Of a DNA stretch of 64,000 bases, positions 38,273 through 51,730 are shown piece after piece. Numbering within the stretch: the stretch's first letter is position 1; every line of letters begins with the position of its first letter. The notes under the pieces are model-generated. The model made no database searches. It worked only from the letters and a program-made list of their open reading frames with translations, and was not told the DNA's origin. A program made the translations under genes and the position numbers. Origin of the DNA: Octopus bimaculoides (Eukaryota); assembly GCF_001194135.2 (NCBI RefSeq), contig NC_068996.1:8852112-8916111 (forward strand). The letters are read 5' to 3'.

Positions 38273-39545
38273 TATCAGGCTGAGTAAAAAGTAAGCAACG
38301 TTTTGAAACATGAAATTAATCACAATATATTCTAACAATGCGGAAATTTTATTGATCAAAGTAAGTACCATTACAATCAACACATTTTTGCCAACGAGTT
38401 AAAAGTTTGTTTATTCCACTAACATAAAAATCTGGAGTTCTTGAGCTGATGAACTCTTTGAATGCACTTTCAACATCAGTTTGATTTTTGAACTCCTTCT
38501 CTCGCAGGAAACCATCAAGAGTGGTAGTTGGTAGGAGAAAGGTCTGGGGAATAAGCTGGGTGGAAAAGAATTTTGTAGCCAAGTTCCCTCAACTTCTGGA
38601 GTGTCATTAGTGAAACATGTGGCTAAACATGTGGCTAAACATTGGCCCTCTTCTGTTGACTTGTCTGGGACAGAGGAGTAGCAGTTTATCACTCATTTTG
38701 GCAATTTTATGGCAATATATTTCTGCAGTAATGGTTTTTTTCGGGTTTTTAGAAGTTATAGTGGATGAGTCCAGCAGTACACCATCAAACAATCACCATG
38801 ACCTTCTTTTTGAAGAGCTTGGATTTAGGGAAGATTTTCAGTGCTTCATTTTGGTCCAACCACTGCAAAGAACGTTTTTTATTATTGTACAGAATCCACT
38901 TTTTATCGCAAGTTACGATATGGTCAAGAAATGGATCAGTCTGGCTACAGAGAAGAAGCGACGAGCAAATTTCATATCTGTGCATTTTCTTATTTTCATT
39001 CAAATCATGCGGTACCCATTTGTCGAGCTTTTTTGATTTTCCGATTGCATGCAAATGGTTGCAGGCAGTTTTCTGTATAACCTGAAGTTCTTTTGCCAGT
39101 TCTCAAGTTGTTTTACATGAATCTTTCTCAATGACGGTCTTTAATTGACCGTCATCGATGACAGATGGGCGTCCACTACGCTTACGATCTTCAAGGCTCA
39201 GCTCTCCACTGCAAAATCGTTTAAACCATTTTCGAGCTGACCACTCACGGGTCATTTCCTCACCAAATGTTTCACTGATATTGCGAACAGTTTCAGCTGC
39301 TTTACGTTCTTTTTTGAAGTTGAATAGCAAAATTGTTTGAATATCATGCTTTAATATTTCAGATGATTGTAACAATGGTGAAAATAATATCAATGTTAAT
39401 TTTTGATGCATTTGGGCAAGTCTATATCTGTATTATCAGACAATTCCAAAAAAAAAGATGTTTAAAAAAAATTCAAAACACTGCAGAAATCCAGTACAAA
39501 TTCTTCATAGTTCAAAACAATGCTTACTTTTTACTCAATCTGATA
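38273..39545 (-). mobile_element. Full-length decayed mariner transposon
   Basis: TIRs 38273-38307 / 39511-39545 ending in TA. Transposase pieces include HTH (WFKRFCSG..LEDRKRSGRP), KWVPHDL, IVTCDKKW and the C-terminal GINKLLTRWQKCVDCNGTYFD; several frameshifts. Confidence 0.92.
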
Positions 39546-39617
39546 TAAATTTATATATATAATGTATATCATGGTACATATATATATGTATGTCTATTAC
39601 TGTATGTGTTCACACAT

Positions 39618-39680
<63 letters not shown>

Positions 39681-39906
39681 AGCATGCATGTGTGTGCATG
39701 CTTGTATATCAAATATGATTTGACAGTAAATTCAAGTTTTGTTTGTGAGAATTCTATGTAAAGGGTTTCACTATGTAAATGAGCCTAAAGTGGCAAGCCT
39801 TGAAATCTGTTCCCATACATACATACATATGCAAACATACGTGCATATACATATATTCACATGAACATATGTACATACCATACATACATATGTACGCACA
39901 TATGTA

Positions 39907-39945
<39 letters not shown>

Positions 39946-39953
39946 ACATGCAA

Positions 39954-39988
<35 letters not shown>

Positions 39989-40127
39989 TGCATGTACATA
40001 GATATATTAAAATATGATTAAATACATGCATGCATGATATAATTGGACTCTACTAACCTGTATTGAGACTTTTAATCAGTAAATGTTTGATATATATAAT
40101 TTATATCAGATATACAAATGTGTGGTT

Positions 40128-40171
<44 letters not shown>

Positions 40172-40780
40172 GTATGTATCACACCTGTACCTGGATATAC
40201 CTCTGCAAAGAATAACTCTTACCTGAATGGGCTACAGTGTTCAAAGTATGACTGTAACATGAAGATGGTTCAATGTGCTTTTCCAGATGGTACTATACTG
40301 GCTGAAACCTATTAAAGTATATATATCATCATCGTCATCATTATCATTACCATCATCATCATCATTATCATCATCATCATCATTTGCTGTCCATCATGTT
40401 CCATGCTGGCATAGGTTAGATGGTTTGACAGGAACTGTTGGCCCCTAAGTACTACATCACACTCCAGTTTGGTTTCTATGGCTGGATGCACATACACACA
40501 CACAGAAAAAAAAAAAAATATGCCACTTTTTGATTTGGGTCTGTGCATTAATGTGTGTGAATGTTGATATTTCATGGCTTCAATTGAATGAAATAGTCAT
40601 ATCATGTTTACATTCCTTATTGGTTATTGTGAATGGTCACAATAAAAAGAATTGTGTACCTGAAAAGTAAGTTAAGATTTGTCAATGTAAAGGCCATCAA
40701 GACATAATATTCTGTCTCAGATAAGCTCTCATACAACCTATGCTAGCATGAGAAAATGTTATTTAAAAATGAATGATATG

Positions 40781-41003
40781 TATGAGAAGATGTTGAAAAG
40801 TTCCTGGCTTTGGGTTAAAGAAAATACAGAAGAATCAGTTAATTATGATTTTGTGTTCAACATATTCCCCTTCTCAGATTCACACATTTATTGCAGTGGT
40901 CCTGCAGTTTTTCTAAGCCCTGTAAAAAACTTGGAAGTTTGGGCCTCCAACCAGGCCTTTCATGATACTCTTACAGCCAGGAACTTTTCAGTACTGCCTC
41001 ATA
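40781..41003 (-). mobile_element. Mariner-derived MITE (same family as 1271-1489)
   Basis: tatgagaagatgttgaaaagttcctggct ... agccaggaacttttcagtactgcctcata. Confidence 0.85.
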
Positions 41004-41024
41004 TGTGCACACATACAAGTTAGC

Positions 41025-41260
41025 ATAAAGGCGGCGAGCTGGCAGAAACGTTAGCACGCTGGGCGAAATGCTTAGTGGTATTTCGTCTGTCTTTACATTC
41101 TGAGATCAAATTCTGCCGATATCGACTTTGCCTTTCATCATTTTGGGGTCAATTAAATAAGTACCAGTTACACACTGGGGTTGATATAATCGACTTAATC
41201 CGTTTGTCTGTCCTTGTTTGTCCCCTCTGTGTGTAGCCCCTTGTGGGTAGTAAAGAAATA
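41025..41260 (+). mobile_element. SINE family B (tail variant 2)
   Basis: Ends in ...gtcccctctgtgtgtagccccttgtgggtagtaaagaaataa. Confidence 0.88.
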
Positions 41261-41689
41261 ACACAAGTTGGTATAACTGATAAAAAGAGTGAGTAGACTT
41301 GCTGTGAGGAGTGAGAGAATCCAATGTTTCAGAGTCCTTTAGGGAAAAGTTGAAAGAGAAATAAATGAGAGACAGCAGAATTTTACATCCTTTAAGTTGA
41401 AGAAAAAAAAGAATACTAGCTGCAAAAGTACTCAAGTACAGGTAATCTAATTACTGAGGCTTCCATTAAAGATTTGGCGAGGTAGAACAGAATGGATATG
41501 GTTCGCCTTGAGACAGGATCCTCCAAAAATTGATCTGTAGCTATGATATTTATTTATCTTCCTTCTGTCATAAGAAGGGTCCCACTTGAGAGTTGTGTGC
41601 CCTTCATTGGAGCTCCAAGAATGTAGATCAATGTATTGGCCCAAACTTCTCGCTCCTTATAGGCCCATTCTATTACATTTAAGTCTACA

Positions 41690-41905
41690 AGGTGGCGAGC
41701 TGGCAGAGACGGTAGCACACCGGGCGAAATGCTTATCGGTATTTCGTCTGCCGCTACGTTCTGAGTTCAAATTCCACCGAGGTCAACTTTGCCTTTCATC
41801 CTTTTGGGGTTGATAAATTAAGTACCTGTTGCATACTGGTGTCGATCTAATCGACTGGCCCTCTTCCCCAAAATTTCGAGACTTGTGTCTAGAGTAGAAA
41901 AGATT
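41690..41905 (+). mobile_element. SINE family B (tail variant 1)
   Basis: Ends in ...gactggccctcttccccaaaatttcgagacttgtgtctagagtagaaaag. Confidence 0.88.
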
Positions 41906-42852
41906 ACTTTTAAGTTTATGGAATTTCCACATGTTAAGGAGACATTAAAGCAATCATGTGCAAACTACAGCCCATGGAATTTTCTGAGTGGCACACCTAA
42001 TATAAAACAAAAACAAAATTACCTTGAATTTTTTAGTATTGCAGCTTGTCTGATGATGAGCTATGTTATGTGGCCTGCTTCTTGGAAAAATTGCTCTTGC
42101 CTGCACTAGAATAACAGGTTATGAGATCAGTAACGCACAAACACATGTACTCAAATATATGTAAGCACACAGTCATAAACTGGGCTTTGTGGTTTAAAAA
42201 GTTTGTTTTGCTCCCGTGAGGCTTTGGGTCAGTCCTAGTGCTGTACTTTAGATCTATGTCTTCTGTGGGTCAACTAATGTCTTGTTAGTGAATTTGGCCG
42301 ATGTTAATTATGTGCAAGCTCGTCCTATGCACATGCATCAGATGTGTATATGTGTGTGTGAGACAGAGTGTGTGTGTATTTGTGTCTCACCACTTAACAA
42401 CTCGTGTTGGTTTTGTTTTTGACTTTGTAACTTTGCTGTTCAACAAACTGATCAAATATTGAACTTACAAAATAAAAAAAAAATAATGTAGTGGAATCGA
42501 TTGGATCAAATAAACCGGTTCAATGCGTTACCCCAGCATGGTCAAAGTCCCGTGTACTTGTGTACTGATAAAAGAAAAGAATATGCACACACACACACAC
42601 ACACATGATTCATCTTCCGTTTTCTGATGATACAGTTTCCCCTTGCAAGCCCACAAGACTTTAAGTCAGATGGAACTGAGTCAAACATTAAAAAAACATG
42701 TAATTACCCCACCCCCAATGTTTTGTACCGCCCTCTTTCGTTTGTCTGCTCCTGTCTATCTATCATTTGGTACCCTAATTTTAAAGCTCATTTTACCTAT
42801 TTTGGTTAAGTTTGCTGGCCACTTTATTATTATTATTATTATTATTATTATC

Positions 42853-42887
<35 letters not shown>

Positions 42888-42990
42888 AATCGTATTTTAA
42901 ATATATATATATATATACATATATATACATGTATTTATATATATAAACTTACTGTTAACAAAAGGCAGGATGTCTGGCGTTCAGTTACTC

Positions 42991-43152
42991 AATAAATGAA
43001 AAATGCATTAAATACCACAAAACTTACACGCAGGACAGACACAGAAGGACCGTAATTCTTCATCGGTTATTGACCCGAAATACTAATATTCAGTTTCGTG
43101 CCTGTCTATCCTACGTGTACGTTTTGTAGTATTTAATGCATTTTCATTTATT
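42991..43152. repeat. Inverted repeat with ~50-bp arms
   Basis: aataaatgaaaaatgcattaaataccacaaaacttacacgcaggacagac pairs with about 43104-43152. Confidence 0.85.
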
Positions 43153-43223
43153 ATATATAGGTATGTTGGTGCAAACAGGAAAAATAAAACTCAAAATATG
43201 AGCATATGTACATCGTTATTAAC

Positions 43224-43343
43224 ATTTAGCCGAAGTAACAGAGTGACTCAAAGACCAAGAGTTCGATGCGTTGGCACTTATGAAAGTTTGGTAAGTGCCT
43301 ACGCACGAACCTCTCGGTCCTTGAGTCACTCTGTTGCTTCTGC

Positions 43344-43348
<5 letters not shown>
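43224..43348. repeat. ~57-bp hairpin with 11-nt loop
   Basis: atttagccgaagtaacagagtgactcaaagaccaagagttcgatgcgttggcactta - tgaaagtttgg - near-exact reverse complement. Confidence 0.92.
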
Positions 43349-43386
<38 letters not shown>

Positions 43387-43673
43387 GCGCGTAGGTGTGT
43401 GTGGGTGTATAAGGATGTGTGTAAAGGCACGTCTGTATGTTTTTTCAAAGTTTATCTGCTATGTAAGTATATTCCTGTATGTAGAAAATATACATCCGTT
43501 ACAAACAATAATAAACATCATCATTAAAATTGAGATTCGTGCATCTGTGTGTATTCAAGTATCTGTGTGTACGGATGTGCGCGTACATATGTAACACGCT
43601 GTGTGTGCATAATAACTGCATTGTTTTTAACCGGTTACTGTTAATAAGAAATGTGTATTTGTGAGAGAGAGAT

Positions 43674-43711
<38 letters not shown>

Positions 43712-44282
43712 GGGAGGGTAAAAGAAAGAGGGGGATCCTTAACGAATGTTTTGTACTTATAACGTGTAGCAGTGCCCTTAGTAACAAAATAAATACTGTA
43801 ATATTTATTGTTTTCTTACTGCTATTTCATTTATGTTGCTTGTTTATTATAACTGCTGAGCAGTACTTGCTAAACAGCAGCAGCAGCAGTGGTTGGGTGT
43901 GTTGGTTGGTGTTTTTACTGGTGTTATTCTTTACTAACTTAACTGGTTCGTTAGTTGTTCGGAGCTGGTTTTTTGGTTGTTGTTCAAACTTGCCCTGCCT
44001 TCAGTCAGTTGTTGTTCAACTTGCCCTGTCTTCGTCCCTACTGATCAAGCAAACATGTGACGAAAGGAAGAGGTCTTGCCATGACCACTACACCGCGTTT
44101 TTTTTTCTTTTTCTTTTCTATTTCTAGACTACGCCGTCCAATTTCAATATACCGTTCCATTGAAACAACACGATTTTAATTTGAGGGATATTTTAACTGT
44201 TATTTCTTTCTAGCAAGTCGATCGAATATGTAGAGAAGCCATGGGCAAACCTGCTGCCCACAGTACTTTCAGAATGACATAC

Positions 44283-44409
44283 CTGACGAATAATTACCTG
44301 GAATTTTTTTTAGTACGGCAAGCCTGGTGAATGAGCCATGTCTCCTGCGGCTCGCTTCTGCGGCTCGCTTCTTGAAAAAGGTTGCGCAGGCCTGGTGTTT
44401 GGGGGTCAT
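44283..44409 (-). CDS. Candidate first coding exon of an unidentified gene
   Basis: ATG at 44409 gives MTPKHQACATFFKKRAAEASRRRHGSFTRLAVLKKIPG(NYSSG) in non-repeat, GC-richer DNA. Two phase-1 donors, CAG|gtaatt (44297) and CAG|gtatgt (44282). Confidence 0.4.
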
Positions 44410-45501
44410 TTGTTTACTCTGAGATTGTACCTGATTGTTGTTATTCTTGCTTCTGTCTCGAACTAGTAAACCTCTGCTTTGAATTAGTAATCCTCTGTTT
44501 AAAAGCTCTCCGACCCGTGACCATCTCGCCTTTTCAAAGATATGTTTGTTATCGGACACGAACTAACGAGCTCTTTCCTTATTTAATAAAACAGAGTGGG
44601 ATTAGTTAGATTTGAGGAAGATGTGGTTGCTATTTCTAGCAGAGTGAAGCACCAACAGAGAGGTTTCTTCTTTTATTGACACGAGTTATACTGGTGCCTT
44701 CGAAATGTTTGCCAAGTATTTACTACAAGAAGACCACCACCACCACCATCACTTCTTCTTCTTCGTTCTTTTCTTCCACCTCTTACTACTAAAGTCGACA
44801 AAGGAGTTTCTCTCTTTCTCTCACTCTCTCAACTCTGCGACTTGTCCTGCTAGAAATAATAACCAAATTCCCTCATATTACACTACTGTCTGTCACATAA
44901 CAGGAAAAACATGTTGAATAGTGTATCCTTTGTATATATGTATGTATGTATGTACGTACATACATACAAACACAAGCAGAATGGGATGATTAGAGTTGGA
45001 ATGTCTTTGATCAAGGCTGATTAAGACAGAACAAAAACCATCACGGCTGTTGCAGTCGTCAGCATCATCAACATTGTGATAAATATCATATTGTCAGCAA
45101 CACCGTCTCCGTCTACAGCAGCAGCAGCAGCACCACCACCACCACCACCACTTATGACGATGTTACCATCAAGCCAAAAAATGAAGAGGGCTCTAAGTGG
45201 TCGCTTAGCCTGCTAAAAATAGCGACCGAATCACTTTCAAATTATACCATATAGCTTCTTATATTCATTCAACCATATAGTCCTAGATGTAATGTCTAAA
45301 AAAATAGGACGGCATGGCCTTGGGTCATAGAATGCTGTTGATCACATGCCGAATCGATCAGTGTTGATCCTTTTCCTTTGAATGGAGCCTGGCAGGTAGC
45401 TTCCAAACCCGTCTTTAGCTCTACGGGCATCAAGCCAATGTGCCTTCTTCAACCACCCACTTCCGACACACTTCTTATAAGCTCTGTATATATAACCTGC
45501 T

Positions 45502-46139
45502 GTGGAGGCGCAATGGCCCAGTGGTTAGGGCAGCGGACTCGCAGTCATAGGATCGCGGTTTCGATTCCCAGACCAGGCGTTGTGAGTGTTTATTGAGCGA
45601 AAACACCTAAAGCTCCACGAGGCTCCGGCAGGGGATGGTGGCGAACCCTGCTGCACTCTTCCACCACAACTTTCTCTCACTCTTACTTCCTGTTTCTGTT
45701 GTGCCTGTAATTCAAAGGGTCAGCCTTGTCATACTATGTCACGCTGAATATCCCCGAGAACTACGTTAAGGGTACGCGTGTCTGTGGAGTGCTCAGCCAC
45801 TTGCACGTTAATTTNNNNNNNNNNCGTTGTGAGTGTTTATTGAGCGAAAACACCTAAAGCTCCACGAGGCTCCGGCAGGGGATGGTGGCGAACCCTGCTG
45901 CACTCTTCCACCACAACTTTCTCTCACTCTTACTTCCTGTTTCTGTTGTGCCTGTAATTCAAAGGGTCAGCCTTGTCATACTATGTCACGCTGAATATCC
46001 CCGAGAACTACGTTAAGGGTACGCGTGTCTGTGGAGTGCTCAGCCACTTGCACGTTAATTTCACGAGCAGACTGTTCCGTTGATCGGATCAACTGGAACC
46101 CTCGTCATCGTAAGCGACGGAGTGCCAACAACAACAACA
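45502..46139 (+). mobile_element. SINE family E with (CAA)n tail; internal duplication across an N gap
   Basis: TSD atataacctgct (45490-45501, 46140-46151). Confidence 0.9.
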
Positions 46140-46536
46140 ATATAACCTGCTAGAATTAGCAGCCAAAATCTCCCACATCATACCTTGCCACTTTATTGCT
46201 TTTTTAAGGTTGCATTGGGAAATACGCAGCTTTTACGAAAGAAAAAATATTCCAACCAAAAAGAAAGAAAAACAAAGGAGCCGGTAGTCATGATGAGAAG
46301 AACATATTTTATTCCTTCTTACTTTTTTACTGTGCTCTCTCTGTCTTACACTAATTGATACTTTCACCATGGAGATTGGAGTTTCGCGTACTTAACTTCG
46401 TTGAACAGACTCGTGTTCCCAGTTCGTATAGAAGCGATTATGTAAACATTCTTAAGTCAATACAAAATCAGCTCTCTCTCTCTCTCATTTACACACACAC
46501 ATATATATGCATACAAAAATACATGTATACATACAA

Positions 46537-46581
<45 letters not shown>

Positions 46582-47246
46582 ACATAAATAATATATAATT
46601 ATATGCATATATCCATACATATATGTACGTACCGACATCTATATGTATACATACAAGTATATATGGATACAGGACATCATAAAAAACGTTAAACACAATG
46701 AGAAATGAAAACAAAGACGAAGACTGAAANNNNNNNNNNNNNNNNNNNNNNNNNNNNNNNNNNNNNNNNNNNNNNNNNNNNNNNNNNNNNNNNNNNNNNN
46801 NNNNNNNNNNNNNNNNNNNNNNNNNNNNNNNNNNNNNNNNNNNNNNNNNNNNNNNNNNNNNNNNNNNNNNNNNNNNNNNATATATATATATATATATATA
46901 TATATATTGCATACGCACCATATTAATGTAAATAGATTTACACCAAGTTTCCAAAAGCGACACACACACACAATATTTTTGTTTTATATGGAAAAGGTCT
47001 AATTTTTGTCGTGTTGGCGAGTCATAACGCTGAAATCTTTTGAATCTCTTTGGAATATTTCAGTTAAAATCGATTTGTCTTAGTTTTGTATGAATTAAAG
47101 CATGTTGTAGCCAAATTATATATATATCGAAAAAACAAAATGGCATAGCGAGAAACAAAAAAATTCATAGCAAAAACTAAAACACAAGTACACATTGACA
47201 CACACGCGTTTAGTTCATTCATCAGTTGTCGACTGGATGTCATTAC

Positions 47247-47301
47247 CATTTCGACACTTTGTAACGATGTTGTTGATTCTGGCAGTGTCAGCAGCATGGA
47301 G
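47247..47301 (-). CDS. Candidate 55-nt internal exon
   Basis: Acceptor tttttattttggcag, donor ATG|gtaatg. Two open frames: LHAADTARINNIVTKCRN(G) or SMLLTLPESTTSLQSVEM. Confidence 0.4.
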
Positions 47302-48084
47302 CTGCCAAAATAAAAACGACTAAACACGGAAATCAGAAAATCGAAGACACTAAAAAAAAGTGTATTTATGTATGTATGTATGTATGTGCGTGTATATTTA
47401 CACACACACATTACATACTACATACATACATACATACATGCATAGAATATTGTTATGAAATTCATGTAATTGTACTAGCCGAANNNNNNNNNNNNNNNNN
47501 NNNNNNNNNNNNNNNNNNNNNNNNNNNNNNNNNNNNNNNNNNNNNNNNNNNNNNNNNNNNNNNNNNNNNNNNNNNNNNNNNNNNNNNNNNNNNNNNNNNN
47601 NNNNNNNNNNNNNNNNNNNNNNNNNNNNNNNNNNNNNNNNNNNNNNNNNNNNNNNNNNNNNNNNNNNNNNNNNNNNNNNNNNNNNNNNNNNNNNNNNNNN
47701 NNNNNNNNNNNNNNNNNNNNNNNNNNNNNNNNNNNNNNNNNNNNNNNNNNNNNNNNNNNNNNNNNNNNNNNNNNNNNNNNNNNNNNNNNNNNNNNNNNNN
47801 NNNNNNNNNNNNNNNNNNNNNNNNNNNNNNNNNNNNNNNNNNNNNNNNNNNNNNNNNNNNNNNNNNNNNNNNNNNNNNNNNNNNNNNNNNNNNNNNNNNN
47901 NNNNNNNNNNNNNNNNNNNNNNNNNNNNNNNNNNNNNNNNNNNNNNNNNNNNNNNNNNNNNNNNNNNNNNNNNNNNNNNNNNNNNNNNNNNNNNNNNNNN
48001 NNNNNNNNNNNNNNNNNNNNNNNNNNNNNNNNNNNNNNNNNGCATGCAAAACAAATCTGCTGTTGATTTCTCTAGAAGCAAACC

Positions 48085-48123
<39 letters not shown>

Positions 48124-49307
48124 ACTCGGACACATGCGCGCATACACACACATACTGCTGGAATATTGTTGAAATTGTGAGGAATGAAAATTTCAGATGT
48201 TTAGGGACGATAAATAGTGGAGGAATTTCGGGGTTGACCCTCTCCAGTTGCGGCTGTATTCACCAAATCTGATTCTTCTTCCGTGTGTAGTGTATCCTGA
48301 ACTACTACATTATTCAAATGTGTAATTCCTTTTCTCCTCCTTTTCGTTTAACCTTTTGCCTGTCCAAAACATTTGTAGAAGTTTTTCCTAAACCTCCATG
48401 CTTGTTTTCAGATTTTTAATTAGCTATTTTTTAATTTACGCTTGTTTAAAGTTTGCTTTTATTTCTAACGAGTCGTCTCACTACATTAGAGGCTTTACTA
48501 TTGGGCTCTGTTATTGTTTAACCCCTAGGTAATGATCAAGGACCAAAGCACTCCGACTTTAACTGCTTAGTCTTTTTAAATATCTCGATTTACATTTACT
48601 ACAATAGAGTATAAGTAGAGGTGGGCAGTTTGAACCTTCAGTTTGAGGCTGTCTCGTTCTGTACGTATCATTGTTCTTGTACTTAATCCCAAGTTTAATT
48701 ATGATCAAGGGCATTCCAGCCGTAACCATCCAGTTTCTTTATGAGTATATAAAAAGTATGTCAGGAGAGTATAACTGGAAGGAGATTTGGCTGTTATTTC
48801 TAACAGTTTGAATTACCGCGTAGATCTACCCCTGTCGGGTTTATCCCGTTGACATCGTTCATTAAATTAGGAGTTAGCCATGATCTAGCAGAGCTATGAA
48901 AAAAGGCGTTATATCCATGACCATACCATCTTTTTCTTTCCTCCTGAGATGGCAGGTTGTTTTTTGAGGAACATTTAGCTGCTGTTTCTAGCGTTCGAGT
49001 GACAGCGTAGAGACCGCACTCGTTGGCGCACATTCCGGTTGTTGTTGCTGTTGATGCAGTGTTTTGGGGAAATGTAAATTCACTGAGAATTATGCTGGTG
49101 CCAACACACAAACACAAACATGCCCGCACACATATTTATAGTATGCATGACGTAACTTTTATAGGCTTCACTGCATCCTGCCGCACATGTTAATATTTTC
49201 TTGTGTGAGTGTGCACTTGTGTGTGTTCGCTGCTAGAATCTGACAACATTCAACATGTGTGCAGTTATATAACCATTCTAAAATGATGTAATACACTCAC
49301 ACACACA

Positions 49308-49350
<43 letters not shown>

Positions 49351-49451
49351 TTAAGATTTTGTGGTTGGAAAGTGTGAAACCAAGAAGAACCAAGCACATT
49401 ATTAAATACACTTTGTCAACAATTTTCGACAACTTACATCAAATTATTTCT

Positions 49452-49685
49452 TATTTCTTTATTGCCCACAAGGGGCTAAACATAGAGGAGACAAACAAGG
49501 ACAGACAAAGGGATTAAGTCGATTATATCGACCCAGTGCGTAACTGGTACTTATTTAATCGACCCCGAAAGCATGAAAGGCAAAGTCGACCTCGGCGGAA
49601 TTTGAACTCAGAACGTAGCGGCAGATGAAATACCGTTAAGCATTTCGCCCGGTGTGCTAACGTTTCTGCCAGCTCGCCGCCTTAG
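49452..49685 (-). mobile_element. SINE family B (tail variant 2), young
   Basis: Full consensus; TSD attatttct (49443-49451, 49686-49694). Confidence 0.9.
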
Positions 49686-50064
49686 ATTATTTCTGATGAT
49701 GAAGGAAAGGCGCCTTTTAAGTTACCCGACGAACTCGGGCCTACCCTATACAATAACTGTAATCTCCTTTATCGTACTTTCTTTCCTATGTATCTTTCAC
49801 TTGTTTCTGTCATTGGACTGCGGACATACTGGAGCACCGCTTTGAAGAATTTTTAGTTAAATGTATCGACCCCAATACTTATTGTTTTTAAAGCCTGATA
49901 TTTATTCTATTGTTCTCTTTGCCAAACCGCTAAGTTAAGGAACGTAAGTACAACACCAGTTGTCAAGCGGTGGTGGGGGACAAACACGGGAACAGAGACT
50001 CTCTCTTGTATTTATATGTATGTGTGTGTGTGTGTGTACATATATATATATATGTATATATATA

Positions 50065-50300
50065 TATCATCATCATCATCATCATCATCGTTTAACGTCC
50101 GCTTTCCATGCTAGCATGGGTTGGACGATTTGACTGAGGACTGGTGAAACCGGATGGCAACACCAGGCTCCAGTCTAATTTGGCAGAGTTTCTACAGCTG
50201 GATGCCCTTCCTAACGCCAACCACAATATGTATATGTATATATATATATATATATATATACATGGGTACAGGACGTCACCAACTGTGCAAACAACATGAA
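50065..50300 (-). mobile_element. Repeat family C
   Basis: (cat)n tail plus near-consensus body. Confidence 0.88.
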
Positions 50301-50425
50301 ATACGTAAACAGACAGGTTAAATATGTAAACAATGAGAGAAAAAAAATGGAAAACAGGACAAGTAAACACAGAGAAAGGACCCTTTGTCAGTTGTCAGCT
50401 GTCTATCTACTCCTCATTTCGAGCA

Positions 50426-50460
<35 letters not shown>

Positions 50461-50464
<4 letters not shown>

Positions 50465-51096
50465 GAGAGGAAGTCAAAAATTATCTGTACTTCTGCGATA
50501 ACATATCTTTATTATAGTCACACTGCCGTCTGTACATGTGTGCTTATAGTTGGTACTATTGTGGTCACGTGATCGAAGTTTGAACCTGATCATGCTGTTT
50601 TTCTTTCTGGTTTTACTAGCATTGTGCACCATAGAAGAACAAAGAGCAGTGATGCGAAAGATAATAATGGTGAACCGGTTCACCATTACCATCTCTCGAG
50701 CTTGTTGAATCTTCTCATCAGTGGTGGAGGTTGACAGGTGACCTGCTCCCTCTTCGTACATCACGTTTGTCTGGCCACTTTTAAACATCTCAGTCCACTC
50801 ATACTCATTTTTGTGTGGTAGTGCACTGTCCCCGAATTGTGCTAAAAGCTTCCGAGGAATTTCACCTTTCAACCAGAGAAACCTGATCACTGCTGTTTGT
50901 TCTTCTTCGGTGCACATTGCTAGTGAAGCAGCCATGCTTACAACTGTAAAGCCAGAAAGAAAAATGTAGCAACCAGCTTCGAACTTCGATCACATGACCA
51001 CAATAGTACCAACTATAAGCACGCATGTGGAGAAGGCAGTGTGACAATAATAGATATGTTATGCCTAAAGTGCAGATAATTTTTGACTTCCCCACA
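50461..51096 (-). mobile_element. Mariner deletion derivative built from two inverted left ends
   Basis: ~200-bp inverted arms (50461-50657 / ~50890-51096). The minus strand encodes the N-terminal HTH, MAASLAMCTEEEQTAVIRFLW...YEWTEMFKSG. Confidence 0.85.
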
Positions 51097-51473
51097 TATA
51101 TGTATAACAGGGTTCTTTCTATTTCTGTCTACGAATCCATTCATAAGCCATTGGTTGGCTTGAGGGTATGGTAGAAGAGACTTGCCCAAAGTGCCACGCA
51201 ATAGGACTGAAAACCAAACCATGAGGTTAGAAGGCAAGCTCCTTACCACACAGCCACACCTCTGCCTATATGTATACACACAGGCATATATATATTCATA
51301 TGCACAATTATACTATCTAATATAATATTGTGATTGAAATCTGGAGTGGGCTGAAGGTTGATGACCAGCCAATAAATATAAAATTATGCAGCAGTAAGCA
51401 ATAATAAAAATCCAGCTATCTATATTAAAGTTATTCATTCTAATAGGCAGGCACTCACACACACACACACACA

Positions 51474-51521
<48 letters not shown>

Positions 51522-51659
51522 GATATATGTACAACTACATTACAATGCATAAAATCTCTGTGTCGGTCTGCTCTTTCATCTTGCAGTTAGTTTTATTAGA
51601 AACTCAAGTTACCTTTTGTGTGGATAGTTATTAACTTCTCAATATATATATATATATAT

Positions 51660-51690
<31 letters not shown>

Positions 51691-51730
51691 ATCTGTGTGT
51701 TATATATATATTGTTCTTTGACAAAAATAG

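Noticed and set aside
40222-40307. Minus-strand exon-like segment with a gtaaga donor
   Set aside because: All three frames contain stops, and an equally good plus-strand acceptor overlaps it. At best a UTR or noncoding exon.
40590-40675. gtaagt donor (+) versus cttaac...ttttcag acceptor (-)
   Set aside because: The same bases serve both readings and the minus frames all stop quickly. Not resolvable.
48800-49129. 109-aa minus-strand ORF
   Set aside because: No recognisable domain or splice support. It shares short motifs (gccatgatctag, ctcctgagatg) with 630-730, suggesting an old repeat.
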